Source: an uncultured bacterium (GTDB lineage Bacteria > Patescibacteriota > Minisyncoccia > Phycocordibacterales > PALSA-1337). From it: DNA of 64,000 bases. The position numbers and the translations under genes were made by a program. Positions within the stretch are counted from its first letter, which is position 1, and each line of letters opens with the position of its first letter. Below, in pieces: positions 9,553 to 20,252 of the stretch. Below the pieces are notes generated by a model. The model was not told the origin of the DNA. It saw nothing but the letters and a program-made list of their open reading frames with translations, and ran no database searches. The DNA lies in NCBI GenBank assembly GCA_963848635.1, contig CAWKEA010000005.1:426810-490809 (forward strand), read 5' to 3'.

Positions 9553-11490
9553 TTATTTTTTTGGCTTGTCACCGCTGGGTTTTCCCCCCGAGTCACCCGA
9601 TGATTCCTGATTTTCCCTGAGCTCTTTTGCGGTTGCTTTTGCTTGGGCAGACTTATCGTCTTCCTTCTGAGCTTTTTTTGCTTCATCGATCTGTTTACCC
9701 AATTTTTCGTTGTACTCTTCCAAATTTTTTATCTGTTCTATCAAATCAGTTTTTTCTTTATCGCTTATGCCAGGCCTCTCGAGAGCAGTCTTGTATTCTT
9801 TTATTGCTTGTTCGTTTTCATTTTTTTCTTTTACATTATCGTCCTTGTACTCTTTCGCTTCGGTTTTTTTGTAGGCTTTTTCAAGATTATTTGCCGATCT
9901 TAAGTTTGCTCCTCCTGGCACATTAAATGGATTCTGCGCGATGCCGACATTTCTGCCGCCTGTCATATGGGCCAATATACTATTCGAACGCAAGCTCTGG
10001 ACAAACTGGCCTTGCTTTCTAAGAGCATCTCTTCGAGCTTTATCGTACTCTTCTTTTGTCGCATAATCTTCTCTATTTACCTTGCCTATTCGTTCGTAAA
10101 ATTCCTTTCGGGACTTATCTTGAGCACCTTGTTGTTTCTTTTGAGCTCCGACAAAACCTCCTTTAGATCCACCAAAGCTGGCTCCAGCTACAGCACCTGT
10201 AGCCTTATTGAATAGAAGTGCGGCGTTAGGATTATTTGCGGCAAAATTCGATTCGGCGAGCTTGTTTTGCAGAGCATATGCGCCTTGTCCGATGGTATTC
10301 CTACCTGCGCCCGACAAGGCTGACTTGCCCCAACCGCTCACTTTTTTTGTCGCCGCATTTGCCCAATCTTTGCCGAAGCTTGCAAAGGTCAGCGCCGCGA
10401 AGAGCGGTATCATGATGAGCATGATAGATATCGTGTATTGGATGACGGTGCCTACGGTGCCCGGCGTGATCATGAGAGAAGGAAGGGCTCCGAGACCGAG
10501 ATTGCTTGATCCATTTGCCGCGATATTTGCAGGATCGAGGACGCTTTTGAACGTCGGGTTTGTTATGACCTTCATAGCGACATACATAAAAAGCATATAT
10601 ACCGGCATTATCATGCACTGACCTACGAGAGCTTTCCACCAGCGGTCGGAGATCTCTGATTTGAATTTTGGAATGATCATGCCGATGAAATAGACCGGCG
10701 AGAATGCCATGAGAATGATGAGGAATCCTATGCGGACGATAAAGAGGATTGATGAGGCAAGGAAGCTCAATCCCGCGATTATCATGACTGCCGTACCGCC
10801 CACGCCTGCGGCTATGACCGATATAGGGCTTGTATTTGTCTGCGTTGTCGCTGTCGTGCCGGATGCTGATTGTAATGTGGCGGGCTGGTAGAATTTTTGC
10901 AGTTCAAGGGCATTCATGAATACATTCGATAATCCGCCGTCGTTCACCGCGGATGACAGATAGCCGCCATTATTGAATGAGACAGTCGTCCCGCTCGGAG
11001 TGATGGCTCGGTAAAACGCCAGAGAGACAAGGTTAGAAGCATCAACCGCTATTTTCGTAAAGAAAAGGCTAAAGTTGATGAGGATCCCGGCGACGGCGAC
11101 CATGACGATGAGATGTTGCACCTTGCTGTCCGTCTGTTGGATGATGATCTCGATCGAAGTGAACAAGAGAAAGAAGATGATGAGGATGCTCGAGAGGTCT
11201 CTGATGATGGACCAGGTCTGGTCGACTATGCCGCCTGTCGAACTGACGAGCGCGTTCATATTGAGGGTTAGGGTCATCGTCGCGTTCAGAAGGAATCCTG
11301 TCAGCTGGACGAACATGTTCGCGATGGGCATGATCAAATTATTGAAGAAAAATGCCAAGGCGCTGTCGATGACGCTGTCTGTGCTCGGCCAGAACGACCA
11401 CGCATGCGCCTCGTGCGGCATAAAGGCGAACCCGCCGACAACTATGAGTGTGGCTAGGACAGTGATGATATGTGTTCGGCGTGATTTCAT
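9553..11490 (-). CDS. VirB6/TrbL-like polytopic membrane protein
   Basis: About 8 TM helices (WSIIRDLSS, LINFSLFFTKIAVDASN, LILMAFSP), Gly-rich then charged C-tail. Confidence 0.7.
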   Translation of the reverse strand: MKSRRTHIITVLATLIVVGGFAFMPHEAHAWSFWPSTDSVIDSALAFFFNNLIMPIANMFVQLTGFLLNATMTLTLNMNALVSSTGGIVDQTWSIIRDLSSILIIFFLLFTSIEIIIQQTDSKVQHLIVMVAVAGILINFSLFFTKIAVDASNLVSLAFYRAITPSGTTVSFNNGGYLSSAVNDGGLSNVFMNALELQKFYQPATLQSASGTTATTQTNTSPISVIAAGVGGTAVMIIAGLSFLASSILFIVRIGFLIILMAFSPVYFIGMIIPKFKSEISDRWWKALVGQCMIMPVYMLFMYVAMKVITNPTFKSVLDPANIAANGSSNLGLGALPSLMITPGTVGTVIQYTISIMLIMIPLFAALTFASFGKDWANAATKKVSGWGKSALSGAGRNTIGQGAYALQNKLAESNFAANNPNAALLFNKATGAVAGASFGGSKGGFVGAQKKQQGAQDKSRKEFYERIGKVNREDYATKEEYDKARRDALRKQGQFVQSLRSNSILAHMTGGRNVGIAQNPFNVPGGANLRSANNLEKAYKKTEAKEYKDDNVKEKNENEQAIKEYKTALERPGISDKEKTDLIEQIKNLEEYNEKLGKQIDEAKKAQKEDDKSAQAKATAKELRENQESSGDSGGKPSGDKPKK

Positions 11491-11498
11491 GGGTTAGT

Positions 11499-13121
11499 TT
11501 AGTAGCTGTAGTTGTTTTGCCCAGCATTTGATCCTTCACTCTTCTGGCTGTAGAGCTGGCATTGATTTTGGTATTGGGTGGCGGCGGCCTGGAAAGCCGT
11601 GACTTCTGACTGAACCTCGTTGTTTTCGGCCTGAGCATCGCTCACTGCGCTCGGGCTCACAAAGTCGCCTCCGCCGGCGAGCGTGTTGTAGTCGACAGAT
11701 TGGCCGTTGCCATATGTCGTGCTAGCCAATGTCCCATTCGTGGCATTTGTCTGGCTTGTCGTGATGAAATCCTGTATGTTCTGGTATGCAAGCGTGGCGC
11801 TGGCATCCTCTAATTCAAGATTTGACAAGAGAGGCTGGATTTTTTGGGTGATGTCATTTCCGATCTGGTCAACGACCGGCGTATCATCGACGCTCTGACA
11901 ATATGACAGTGCGGAGGCATAGCTACTCGAAGCTGTCAGGACCAGAGTGACCGATGATTGGATGTAGTTTTGTGCTTGTGTCGTATTGTCTAATGCGCCG
12001 CTTAAGCCAGTAGATATATTTTGCGCGGCCTGTTGCTGAACGGCGACATCGTTTGCCTCGGCCTGTTGCTCGATCTGTGTGATGTATGAATTAGAGCTTG
12101 CGCCGCTTGCCGAACTGCCGCTGACTGCCGCGAGGCCTTGAGTCAGCACTTGCTTTACCAACTGCGCAAAGAGCGCATTGACGATAGCATTGATGTTATC
12201 AGCGACGTCAAGCTGTTGGAGCGGGCTATTTGCCGCAAAATTGAGCTGTTGCGATATGAACGATCCCGGGGTCTGTGTCTGGCAATTTTCCCCAGCCCCT
12301 GTGCCAGGGTCGCTTCGATATGTCCCTACAGATCCTGCTGGTGCGCTTGGTATCAAACTGCCTCCAGTAGCAATATTTGGGGCAAGAATAGAATTCAATT
12401 GTGCTGTAGCTTGCTGGGTTTGTGCGGCACTAGCGGTCTGCGGCGAACAGCTTTGCCACGATAGAAATCCACCGCTTTGGTTGAGAAGGTTCTGGTTCAA
12501 GACCTTTTTGCCGTTTATCTGTATTGCCAAGTCTGCCTTGGATTGGACATATCCGCCATAAAAGCTGTTTTGCGGCTCTGCGAGGGTGGCAAATGATTGC
12601 CATCCCCCCTGACTAAAATCTCCGGCAGTGAAACCGTTTATTGTGGCCCCTTGTATGTTGCTTATGACTTTTGAAAGGGTGCAGGTGTATGGGTTATTGA
12701 GGTTTGCCTGATCAAGGGCAAGAGAAAGGCGTATATTCAAAGCTATCGGGGAGCACAGCGCCGACAGAGGACTGCCTGGACCGCCGATGAAATTGCCGGC
12801 AACGTTGTCTCCTATGCCAAGAAGAAATCCTTCGGGATCCTGCACGAACGATGGACTGCCCTGGAAGCCGCTATTTATCCAATTGACGATGCTCAGCGTC
12901 AATTGACGGGCCAATTGCTTGAGAAGGACGTTCTCGAGCGTGTTGAGAATGTAATTTTGAGTATAATTCGCGTAATGGTATGGAAAGTTCAATATATCGC
13001 TCGTTGGCACTGCCAGACCTGCCGCCTGAGCATCGGCGGTTTTGGGTGAAGATCCAGCAGAGACAGATACGACTGTGATTACGAGAAACACCGCGACGAT
13101 TTTTTTATGGATTGATTTCAT
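11499..13121 (-). CDS. Secreted hypothetical protein of the T4SS-like cluster
   Basis: Signal peptide, SIVNWINSGFQGSPSFVQDP, paired Cys, coiled-coil C-terminus. Confidence 0.6.
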   Translation of the reverse strand: MKSIHKKIVAVFLVITVVSVSAGSSPKTADAQAAGLAVPTSDILNFPYHYANYTQNYILNTLENVLLKQLARQLTLSIVNWINSGFQGSPSFVQDPEGFLLGIGDNVAGNFIGGPGSPLSALCSPIALNIRLSLALDQANLNNPYTCTLSKVISNIQGATINGFTAGDFSQGGWQSFATLAEPQNSFYGGYVQSKADLAIQINGKKVLNQNLLNQSGGFLSWQSCSPQTASAAQTQQATAQLNSILAPNIATGGSLIPSAPAGSVGTYRSDPGTGAGENCQTQTPGSFISQQLNFAANSPLQQLDVADNINAIVNALFAQLVKQVLTQGLAAVSGSSASGASSNSYITQIEQQAEANDVAVQQQAAQNISTGLSGALDNTTQAQNYIQSSVTLVLTASSSYASALSYCQSVDDTPVVDQIGNDITQKIQPLLSNLELEDASATLAYQNIQDFITTSQTNATNGTLASTTYGNGQSVDYNTLAGGGDFVSPSAVSDAQAENNEVQSEVTAFQAAATQYQNQCQLYSQKSEGSNAGQNNYSY

Positions 13122-13122
13122 T

Positions 13123-14052
13123 TTATTGATTTTGGGTACTTACATCAGAACTGCCGCCGATTGTTGTTGGGTCGATATAATTCTCCAATATTCTGCCGAC
13201 ATCAACCGATGTAAACTGGACATGTGAAGACTTGAGCACGTTACCTATTTCATCGATTGAAACGACAAGTCCCTGCAGACTTGCCTTGTCCTGGACGATC
13301 GCTTGGATGCCGCCTACAGCATCGGCATCGCTATGTCGGAGCAATTGTGCCGATGAGAGCATCATACTGACGCTATTGAGCAAGTCGATGTGCTCTTTTA
13401 TCATTGTTGGCGGGACGGATATTCCCAAGAGCGCTTGTATTATCGCCTGATAATTTGAAATTACAGGGTCTATCTGCGCGAGGATCGAAGGATCGCTCTG
13501 TTGTATCGCTTCTTGCGCTAATTGGACTTCACTGCCTTCATTTGAATCGTGTGATTGAAGGACTGTCGCAACATCGTTCGCATATATTCTGAGCGCATCA
13601 GGGGTGTTAGCGGCTGTGATAGAAATATCGGCGGCAGTGTATGTCTTTGGTTTGGTAAAGATCGTCTGATTCGCCAAGGTGTTCGATACCGCATTATCAA
13701 TGCTCGTCGGGTCTGTTGCCAAACCAGAAGATTCCAGTTGAGTGTATTGTGAAAACAATGCTTCGCCGAGCTTGTCGGTCGCTGTGAGCGACTGCGAATG
13801 TGCCGACACTGCGCCAGCGCTGAGCGAATTTTTTTGTGCCGAACCAGCCACTCCGGTGCCGACGAGGACTTTTTGCCAGTCGCTATCCGCTGTGGATGTC
13901 GTCGTATTTATCGGTGCTGATATGGACGGGGTTGAATAGCTCACAGGAGCCGTCGACAAAGCACCCCTGTATTCATTGAAAGCAAAAGCCGCTCCGACGA
14001 TGGCAACGCCCAAAATAATCATCCATATTGTTTTTTTGCTTGGGTAGTTCAC
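13123..14052 (-). CDS. Membrane-anchored hypothetical protein
   Basis: N-terminal TM, helical; first gene of cluster. Confidence 0.6.
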   Translation of the reverse strand: MNYPSKKTIWMIILGVAIVGAAFAFNEYRGALSTAPVSYSTPSISAPINTTTSTADSDWQKVLVGTGVAGSAQKNSLSAGAVSAHSQSLTATDKLGEALFSQYTQLESSGLATDPTSIDNAVSNTLANQTIFTKPKTYTAADISITAANTPDALRIYANDVATVLQSHDSNEGSEVQLAQEAIQQSDPSILAQIDPVISNYQAIIQALLGISVPPTMIKEHIDLLNSVSMMLSSAQLLRHSDADAVGGIQAIVQDKASLQGLVVSIDEIGNVLKSSHVQFTSVDVGRILENYIDPTTIGGSSDVSTQNQ

Positions 14053-14087
14053 GGTAATACCAAGCCAATTGTATCAGAAATCAAAGC

Positions 14088-14996
14088 TCATTTTGTCTCT
14101 TCTGTGTGGAAAAGAGTGCTTTCTTCCGCTATCTCTTTCCATTGTGCGACAGTAAATGTCTCGGCCCGCGCATCGGTAGGCCAATTTTTGTCTTTCCAGA
14201 GCTTTTCCAAAGCCGCTCCCGGCATTATTTTAGTCAAATTGCTTTTTAAAATCTTGCGTTTATGGGCAAATCCGGCTCGGACTGCTCTGAAAAAATAATT
14301 TTCTATCTGAATATCGTCGGGCAGAGCATTTTTGATATTTTCGCTGGTCCCGATCGTTTTTTCTTTTTCTTTGAAGAGATTCTTATTTATGTTATTGATG
14401 AGAATTACGGCAGAATCGACCTTTGGCACCGGTCTGAAGGATCTTTTTGGCACGGTATGGATATATTTTGGCTCCCCATATGCCTTGACCGATATCGAGA
14501 GGATGCTTTCCTTGCCGTCTGCGGCAACTATCCTTTTTGCCACCTCTTTTTGGACAAGCAAGACCATACGCGACGGATAGCCATCTTCCCCTAGAAATTT
14601 ACGCAATATCTCGCCCGTGATGTAATATGGGATATTCGCTGCGACTATATAGTTCCCTTTTTCAAGGCCGAGGGTCGATGGGTCAACTGTCAAGATGTCA
14701 TCTTGAACAAGCCTAAGTTTTCCGGAATCAATATCTGCAGAAAAATGTTCTCTCATGTATTCGACAGCCCTCTCGTCTTTTTCCACTGCGATGACATGCG
14801 CGCCTGCTTCGAGAAGCCCGCGAGTCAAAATTCCCTTGCCGGGGCCGATTTCGAGCACATTCACTCCAGGTTCTATTTTTGCCGCATGTATCATTGTCCC
14901 GACTACATTGGGGGCGTGCAGAAAATGCTGTCCGAGCGATTTTTTGGCGATGAAATTTTTAGCAGGATTTGTGAGATGAGTCATTGTATATGTCAT
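14088..14996 (-). CDS. rsmA: 16S rRNA m6,6A dimethyltransferase KsgA
   Basis: KKSLGQHFL, LEIGPGKG, ANIPYYIT, PVPKVDS. Confidence 0.95.
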   Translation of the reverse strand: MTYTMTHLTNPAKNFIAKKSLGQHFLHAPNVVGTMIHAAKIEPGVNVLEIGPGKGILTRGLLEAGAHVIAVEKDERAVEYMREHFSADIDSGKLRLVQDDILTVDPSTLGLEKGNYIVAANIPYYITGEILRKFLGEDGYPSRMVLLVQKEVAKRIVAADGKESILSISVKAYGEPKYIHTVPKRSFRPVPKVDSAVILINNINKNLFKEKEKTIGTSENIKNALPDDIQIENYFFRAVRAGFAHKRKILKSNLTKIMPGAALEKLWKDKNWPTDARAETFTVAQWKEIAEESTLFHTEETK

Positions 14997-15197
14997 AGTA
15001 GCATGTCATTCTCGCGAATACAGCGTTTTGTATTCTCATGGATATGGCCTCTATAGTGCTTTCGAAATACGGGATAAATGCGTGCTACGGAGTATTCGCT
15101 TGTTTGTTCCATCGTCGCTTGAACGCCATCTCCACCTGCTGTGGCCACGCCGCTTCTCGCTCGCCGCTATAAAAAACGATCGACGGCAGCGACAGAT

Positions 15198-17153
15198 TCA
15201 AAAATCCATGAAGATCATCTTTGCTCTGTTGGGCCTTTCTTCTTCAACGTCGCTTTTTTCTTCTATCAATCCGTCGCCTATATCGTCGATGAACTCTGAA
15301 GGCGAATTGATCCTCTGCGACCCGTAGACCGTCCGTATCTGCGACCAGCTCAAAAATATCTTTTTGCGCGCGCGCGTCAAGGCCACATAAAAAAGACGCC
15401 TCTCTTCTTCCTCTTCGCCCTGCGTCAGATCCTCCTTTCCCATGCGTTCATGGGGGAAAAGGTCTTGTTCAAGGCCGGCGATGAAGACGTAGTCGAATTC
15501 GAGGCCTTTTGACGCGTGGACGGTCATGAGCCTGACCGCATCCTTGTCTTCTTTTAATTCGTCCTGGTCGGTGGCCAATGCGGCATTTGACAGCAATGAT
15601 TCGACTGCTTCGCCGACCGGCAGATCGTCATACGTTCTTGCCACGCTTGCCAATTCCCTCATATTCTCGAGCTTTTCTTCTTCCTCGGCGTTCCTCCGTG
15701 CGGCTGATTCTATGCCTGTCCTTGTCAGGACGAATTTTACCAATTCGGAGGGCTTTTTCGAGAGAGCGACGTCACGGATCTCGTCGAGCATCGTCTGGAA
15801 TTCATGTATCTTTGCCGTCATCGCGCGCGTCAATCCCGTCTCGTCATGAGCCAGCACCTTCATCATGGTGGCTTTGCCGATGCCTCGTGGCGGGACATTT
15901 ATGATGCGCACCATGTCTGCGCTCGATTCGCGATTGAGGGAAGCGCGGATGAACGACAGCACGTCCTTGACCTCTTTTCTTTCAAAGAATCTGACGCCGA
16001 GGACCTGATACGGAACCTCCTTCTTTAAGAAAGACTCTTCAAGAACGCGCGATTGGAAATTCGCGCGATAGAGCACGGCGATTTCTTTTGGCTTCGCGCC
16101 GTCCTTTATAAGATCTCTGCAAACATCTGCGATATCGCGTGCCTCATCGGTTTCCGTATAACTCGCTGTCAGCCGTATCTTCTCCCCTTCCGCATTCTTT
16201 GTGAACAGATTTTTTTCCCTGCGCAAGGAGTTCTTTTGTATGACGTTATTCGCCGCCGCGAGGATATTCTTTGTCGAACGGTAGTTCTCTTCGAGGATTA
16301 TGACTTTCGCTTCGGGATAGTCTTTTTCAAAGTTCATGATGTTCTCTATCGTCGCTCCGCGCCAGCTATAGATATTCTGATCGATATCGCCTACGACGCA
16401 TATGTTTTTGTTCGATCCGACCAAAAGCCGGACGATCTCGTATTGTACGCCGTTCGTATCCTGATATTCATCGACATGGATATACGTCCATATTTTCCTA
16501 TAACGCTCTCGTACGTCGGCGTTGTTCTTGAGTATATCCATTGCCTTGAGGAGAAGATCGTCGAAATCGAGCGCTTTTTCGCGGGCAAGCGCCGCGTCAT
16601 AATGATTCCAGACATCGGAGATTATCTTTGTTCGATACTCATTTCCGCTCTTGTTCCTATATTCGATGGCAGAGAAACCATCACCTTTTGCTCTAGAGAT
16701 CGCTGATAGAATGCCTCCTGGATCGTTGCTTTCTTTGCTTAAGCCAAGTTTTTCGAGGGCGTCTTTTATGATTTTTTTTGAATCTGCCCGGTCATAAATC
16801 GTAAAATGCCTCGATAGGCCTACGAGCTGGGCATTTTCTCGGATAATGTGCACGCCAAGAGCGTGAAAAGTGCTGACGAAAGGGCGTTCTCTCATCGAAA
16901 TGGGCAGATTCAGATTGGTGTCTGTCTCCAAGAGACTATTAACGCGGTCCCGCATCTCCTTTGCAGCTTTATTCGTGAATGTAATGGCCAAAATATTGTG
17001 AGGGTTGATGCCGTTTTTTGTCAGATTGAGTATTCTATGAACGATAGTCTTTGTCTTTCCCGCGCCTGCCCCAGCCAAGATCAAGAGCGGCCCGTTCAAG
17101 GTTTCCACGGCCTCCTTTTGACGAGCATTGAGCGCATTCGCTGATGTGTCCAT
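15198..17153 (-). CDS. pcrA: UvrD/PcrA ATP-dependent DNA helicase
   Basis: AGAGAGKT, VDEYQD, NYRST, MTVHASKGLEF, EERRLFYVALTRA; start moved to MDTSA. Confidence 0.93.
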   Translation of the reverse strand: MDTSANALNARQKEAVETLNGPLLILAGAGAGKTKTIVHRILNLTKNGINPHNILAITFTNKAAKEMRDRVNSLLETDTNLNLPISMRERPFVSTFHALGVHIIRENAQLVGLSRHFTIYDRADSKKIIKDALEKLGLSKESNDPGGILSAISRAKGDGFSAIEYRNKSGNEYRTKIISDVWNHYDAALAREKALDFDDLLLKAMDILKNNADVRERYRKIWTYIHVDEYQDTNGVQYEIVRLLVGSNKNICVVGDIDQNIYSWRGATIENIMNFEKDYPEAKVIILEENYRSTKNILAAANNVIQKNSLRREKNLFTKNAEGEKIRLTASYTETDEARDIADVCRDLIKDGAKPKEIAVLYRANFQSRVLEESFLKKEVPYQVLGVRFFERKEVKDVLSFIRASLNRESSADMVRIINVPPRGIGKATMMKVLAHDETGLTRAMTAKIHEFQTMLDEIRDVALSKKPSELVKFVLTRTGIESAARRNAEEEEKLENMRELASVARTYDDLPVGEAVESLLSNAALATDQDELKEDKDAVRLMTVHASKGLEFDYVFIAGLEQDLFPHERMGKEDLTQGEEEEERRLFYVALTRARKKIFLSWSQIRTVYGSQRINSPSEFIDDIGDGLIEEKSDVEEERPNRAKMIFMDF

Positions 17154-17349
17154 TCCGCAATGATACCAGATAGCCATGGATTGTCCTAGCTTATGATAGC
17201 TCTCAATAGAGCCATTTTTGACATAAGACAAACTTGTTGTATATTAAAATCACGGTACGGAAACAATTGACTCAATGTCAAAGATTTGTTAATCTATCTG
17301 AGATGCCCCTAAGGGGCATTATTCTCTCAAATCTACACCGCTTCTCGGA

Positions 17350-18531
17350 TTGACCGCCATGACCGGACGCCAGCACGAACCATACGTTATGAATCTAATT
17401 TCCTCACATAAAAATACACGGTACGGCCTATTTTTATCCTATGCCAAGGAAGCATTCATTGCCTTTGTGGTCATATTTCTGCCTATATTTTTTCCGGAGA
17501 CTGCCCATGCAAGTCTCCTTTCTTTTTTAAGCTCTTTTGTCGGACAGACTGTTTCGGCTGATCAAACTGTCGCTACGACCACGCAATACAACTCATTGAC
17601 CATTCCGTTGGGTGTTCCACCCGTGAATTCAATAATTGACATGTCTCCTGCCAATGATGAAACTTTGGCCATTGCGGATAATGCGCTCATGCCTTCCGTT
17701 GGACCGTCCGGCAGTGCAGCAGATATCGATAGTCAGCCGGAAAGCACGGCGATCAGCACTTATGTTGTGCGTCCTGGCGATACTCTTTCTGAGATCGCTC
17801 TTTTGTTTGACGTTTCAGTCAATACTATCGTGTGGGCCAATGATCTTGGCACCCATCCAGTCATACAGCCTGGAGAGACGCTTGTCATTCTGCCGGTTTC
17901 CGGCATCAATTATGCGATCAAAAAAGGCGATACTCTTGCTTCGATCATAAAGAGATACGGTGGCGATCAGAATGAGATACTGGAATATAATGGATTGTCC
18001 TCGGCTGGGGATCTTGTTGTCGGCGACAGCATACTCATTCCTGATGGCGAGCTTGGCGGCGCCAGCATCGGATCAGGCGTCCAATCAAACCCTCACACAG
18101 GTCTGGTTTCCGGAGAGATATATGAACCATATCTTGGCGGCGGCGGCCCCGCGGCTTCTGGACCATACGTCGGCGGATATTATGCCTGTCCTGTGCACGG
18201 TTCTTGGCTTTCCCAAGGTTTGCATGGTCACAATGCCGTTGATCTTGCTCTAGGCATCGGCAATCCTATCTACGCCTCAGCCGACGGCGTTGTTATCATT
18301 GCAAAGACAGGCGGTTGGAACGGGGGCTATGGAAGCTATGTCGTCATATCGCATCAAAATGGCACGGAAACGCTCTATGCTCACGCCGAAGAGATCTTTG
18401 TATCTGCTGGAGAGCATGTCGACGAGGGCGATGAGATAGCTAAAATCGGCGTGACGGGTGAAACCACTGGTCCACATCTTCATTTTGAAGTCCGTGGTGC
18501 GGCCAATCCATTTTTGACTGTTAAGTGTTAG
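17350..18531 (+). CDS. LysM + M23 family peptidoglycan endopeptidase
   Basis: Two LysM repeats (YVVRPGDTL, YAIKKGDTL), HNAVD and HLHFEV zinc motifs; start uncertain. Confidence 0.9.
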   Translation: MTAMTGRQHEPYVMNLISSHKNTRYGLFLSYAKEAFIAFVVIFLPIFFPETAHASLLSFLSSFVGQTVSADQTVATTTQYNSLTIPLGVPPVNSIIDMSPANDETLAIADNALMPSVGPSGSAADIDSQPESTAISTYVVRPGDTLSEIALLFDVSVNTIVWANDLGTHPVIQPGETLVILPVSGINYAIKKGDTLASIIKRYGGDQNEILEYNGLSSAGDLVVGDSILIPDGELGGASIGSGVQSNPHTGLVSGEIYEPYLGGGGPAASGPYVGGYYACPVHGSWLSQGLHGHNAVDLALGIGNPIYASADGVVIIAKTGGWNGGYGSYVVISHQNGTETLYAHAEEIFVSAGEHVDEGDEIAKIGVTGETTGPHLHFEVRGAANPFLTVKC

Positions 18532-18577
18532 AAACCTCGCTTCACGCTTCCAAGGAAAGCGGCTCTCCTATGGAGCC

Positions 18578-20101
18578 TCATATCAATTTTTGCCTATACT
18601 GCAATGCTTCCAGAATGTGGGGCTTTTCGATATCTCCTTTTCCGCTCAAATCTGCGATCGTCCTGGAGATTTTTAATATCCGATGATAACCTCGACCGGA
18701 AAGAGCCAGCCGTTCTGCTGTTGCAGATAGAAAAGAGGACAATGCTGGCGAAAGCGAAATCGTCTGGTCCATCTCCGTGATGCCGAGCTCGCTGTTGCAT
18801 TTTGGATTCATCCCTGCTTTTTTACAGCGATCATATTGCAATGCTCTCGCTTTTTCGATCCTGCGGCGGATCGTTTCTGATGTCTCTCCGCGGCCTGCAT
18901 TCGTTCCGAATTTTTCATATTCGATCTTTGAAACGGCAGTCCAAACATCGATCCTGTCTATCAATGGCCCTGAGATCTTTCTTAAATATTGGCGCCGCAG
19001 TCCAAAACTGCATGTACATCGGCCGTCTCCATAGCCGCATGGGCACGGATTCATTGAAGCTACAAGGATGCAGTGCGCGGGAAAAGTGACCGAACCGCGC
19101 ATCCGCGATACGGTGATTTTCTTTTCCTCGAGAGGTTCGCGCAAGGCGTCGATGACGCTCGAATTGAATTCGGGAAATTCATCCAGAAACAGGACGCCGC
19201 GGTGAGCCAGAGTGATCTCACCGGGCCTTGGAAAGGCGCCACCACCGATGAGCGATGCATATGAAGCAGTGTGATGCGGAGCACGAAATGGCGGTTCAGT
19301 GATGACTGCACTGCCAAGCACTCTTGCTATCGAATGGATCGCTGTGACTTCCACGATCTCGTCTTCGGTGAGCGGAGGCAGAATGCCTCTCAAGGCTTTT
19401 GCCAGCATTGTTTTGCCTGTCCCTGGCGGCCCATAAAGGGCGATATTATGGCCTCCAGCGGCGGCGATCTCAAGTCCGCGTTTTGCCGACTCCTGCCCGC
19501 ATATGAACGACATATCTATCTCGATCTTTTGATCCCCTTTTTCAATTTTGGTCCTTGGAACCGGCATAAGCCCGTATCCTTCACGCTCCTCGAGATGTCC
19601 TATGATCTCTTCGAGTGTCGAAATTGCATAGACAGATATCTCTTTGGTAAGGCCTGCTTCGGCGGAGTTTTCCTTTGGGATAAAAATCTCTGAGAAACCC
19701 ATATAGGGCGCAGTTTTGATTATGGACAAGATACCGTGGACTTTTCTGACGGATCCGTCCAATGCAAGCTCGCCTAGAAACAGCTTTCCATCAGGATTGA
19801 AATCTATATCTCCACATGCCAGCAAATATGCCAAGGCCATGCCCAGATCGAAGGCTGGGCCCTCTTTTCTCATGTCGGCTGGAGCGAGCGATATAACGAG
19901 CTTTTGATTTTTATGCTTTGGCGACTGATATCCGCTGTTTTTAATCGCAGACGACACCCTGTCTTTTGACTCGTCGACTGCCTTGTCTCCAAGACCAACT
20001 ACGGAAAAAGAATGTAGGCCATTCGATGTGTCGACTTCTATCGTGACGATATGAGTCTCTAGACCCTGTATTTGGGCGCTGTATGTTTTGGCATGTGCCA
20101 T
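18578..20101 (-). CDS. comM: YifB/ComM family Mg-chelatase-like AAA+ ATPase
   Basis: GPPGTGKT, PFRAPHH, LAHRGVLFLDE, MNPCPCG. Confidence 0.9.
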   Translation of the reverse strand: MAHAKTYSAQIQGLETHIVTIEVDTSNGLHSFSVVGLGDKAVDESKDRVSSAIKNSGYQSPKHKNQKLVISLAPADMRKEGPAFDLGMALAYLLACGDIDFNPDGKLFLGELALDGSVRKVHGILSIIKTAPYMGFSEIFIPKENSAEAGLTKEISVYAISTLEEIIGHLEEREGYGLMPVPRTKIEKGDQKIEIDMSFICGQESAKRGLEIAAAGGHNIALYGPPGTGKTMLAKALRGILPPLTEDEIVEVTAIHSIARVLGSAVITEPPFRAPHHTASYASLIGGGAFPRPGEITLAHRGVLFLDEFPEFNSSVIDALREPLEEKKITVSRMRGSVTFPAHCILVASMNPCPCGYGDGRCTCSFGLRRQYLRKISGPLIDRIDVWTAVSKIEYEKFGTNAGRGETSETIRRRIEKARALQYDRCKKAGMNPKCNSELGITEMDQTISLSPALSSFLSATAERLALSGRGYHRILKISRTIADLSGKGDIEKPHILEALQYRQKLI

Positions 20102-20252
20102 AGGCACAATTATAAAGGATCGTTATTAAGAAAAGTTAAAAAAAATATAAAGAAAATTTTAATAAATAAATCTTGGCGATGCGAGACATTGTATATTGAT
20201 ACTATACCAACAAGACATCTGAATATTTCAATTTTTAAATACTACTCTCTTT

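Noticed and set aside
17299-17330. Riboswitch upstream of the LysM-M23 gene
   Set aside because: Only one short hairpin (ATGCCCCT/AGGGGCAT); no aptamer consensus recognisable
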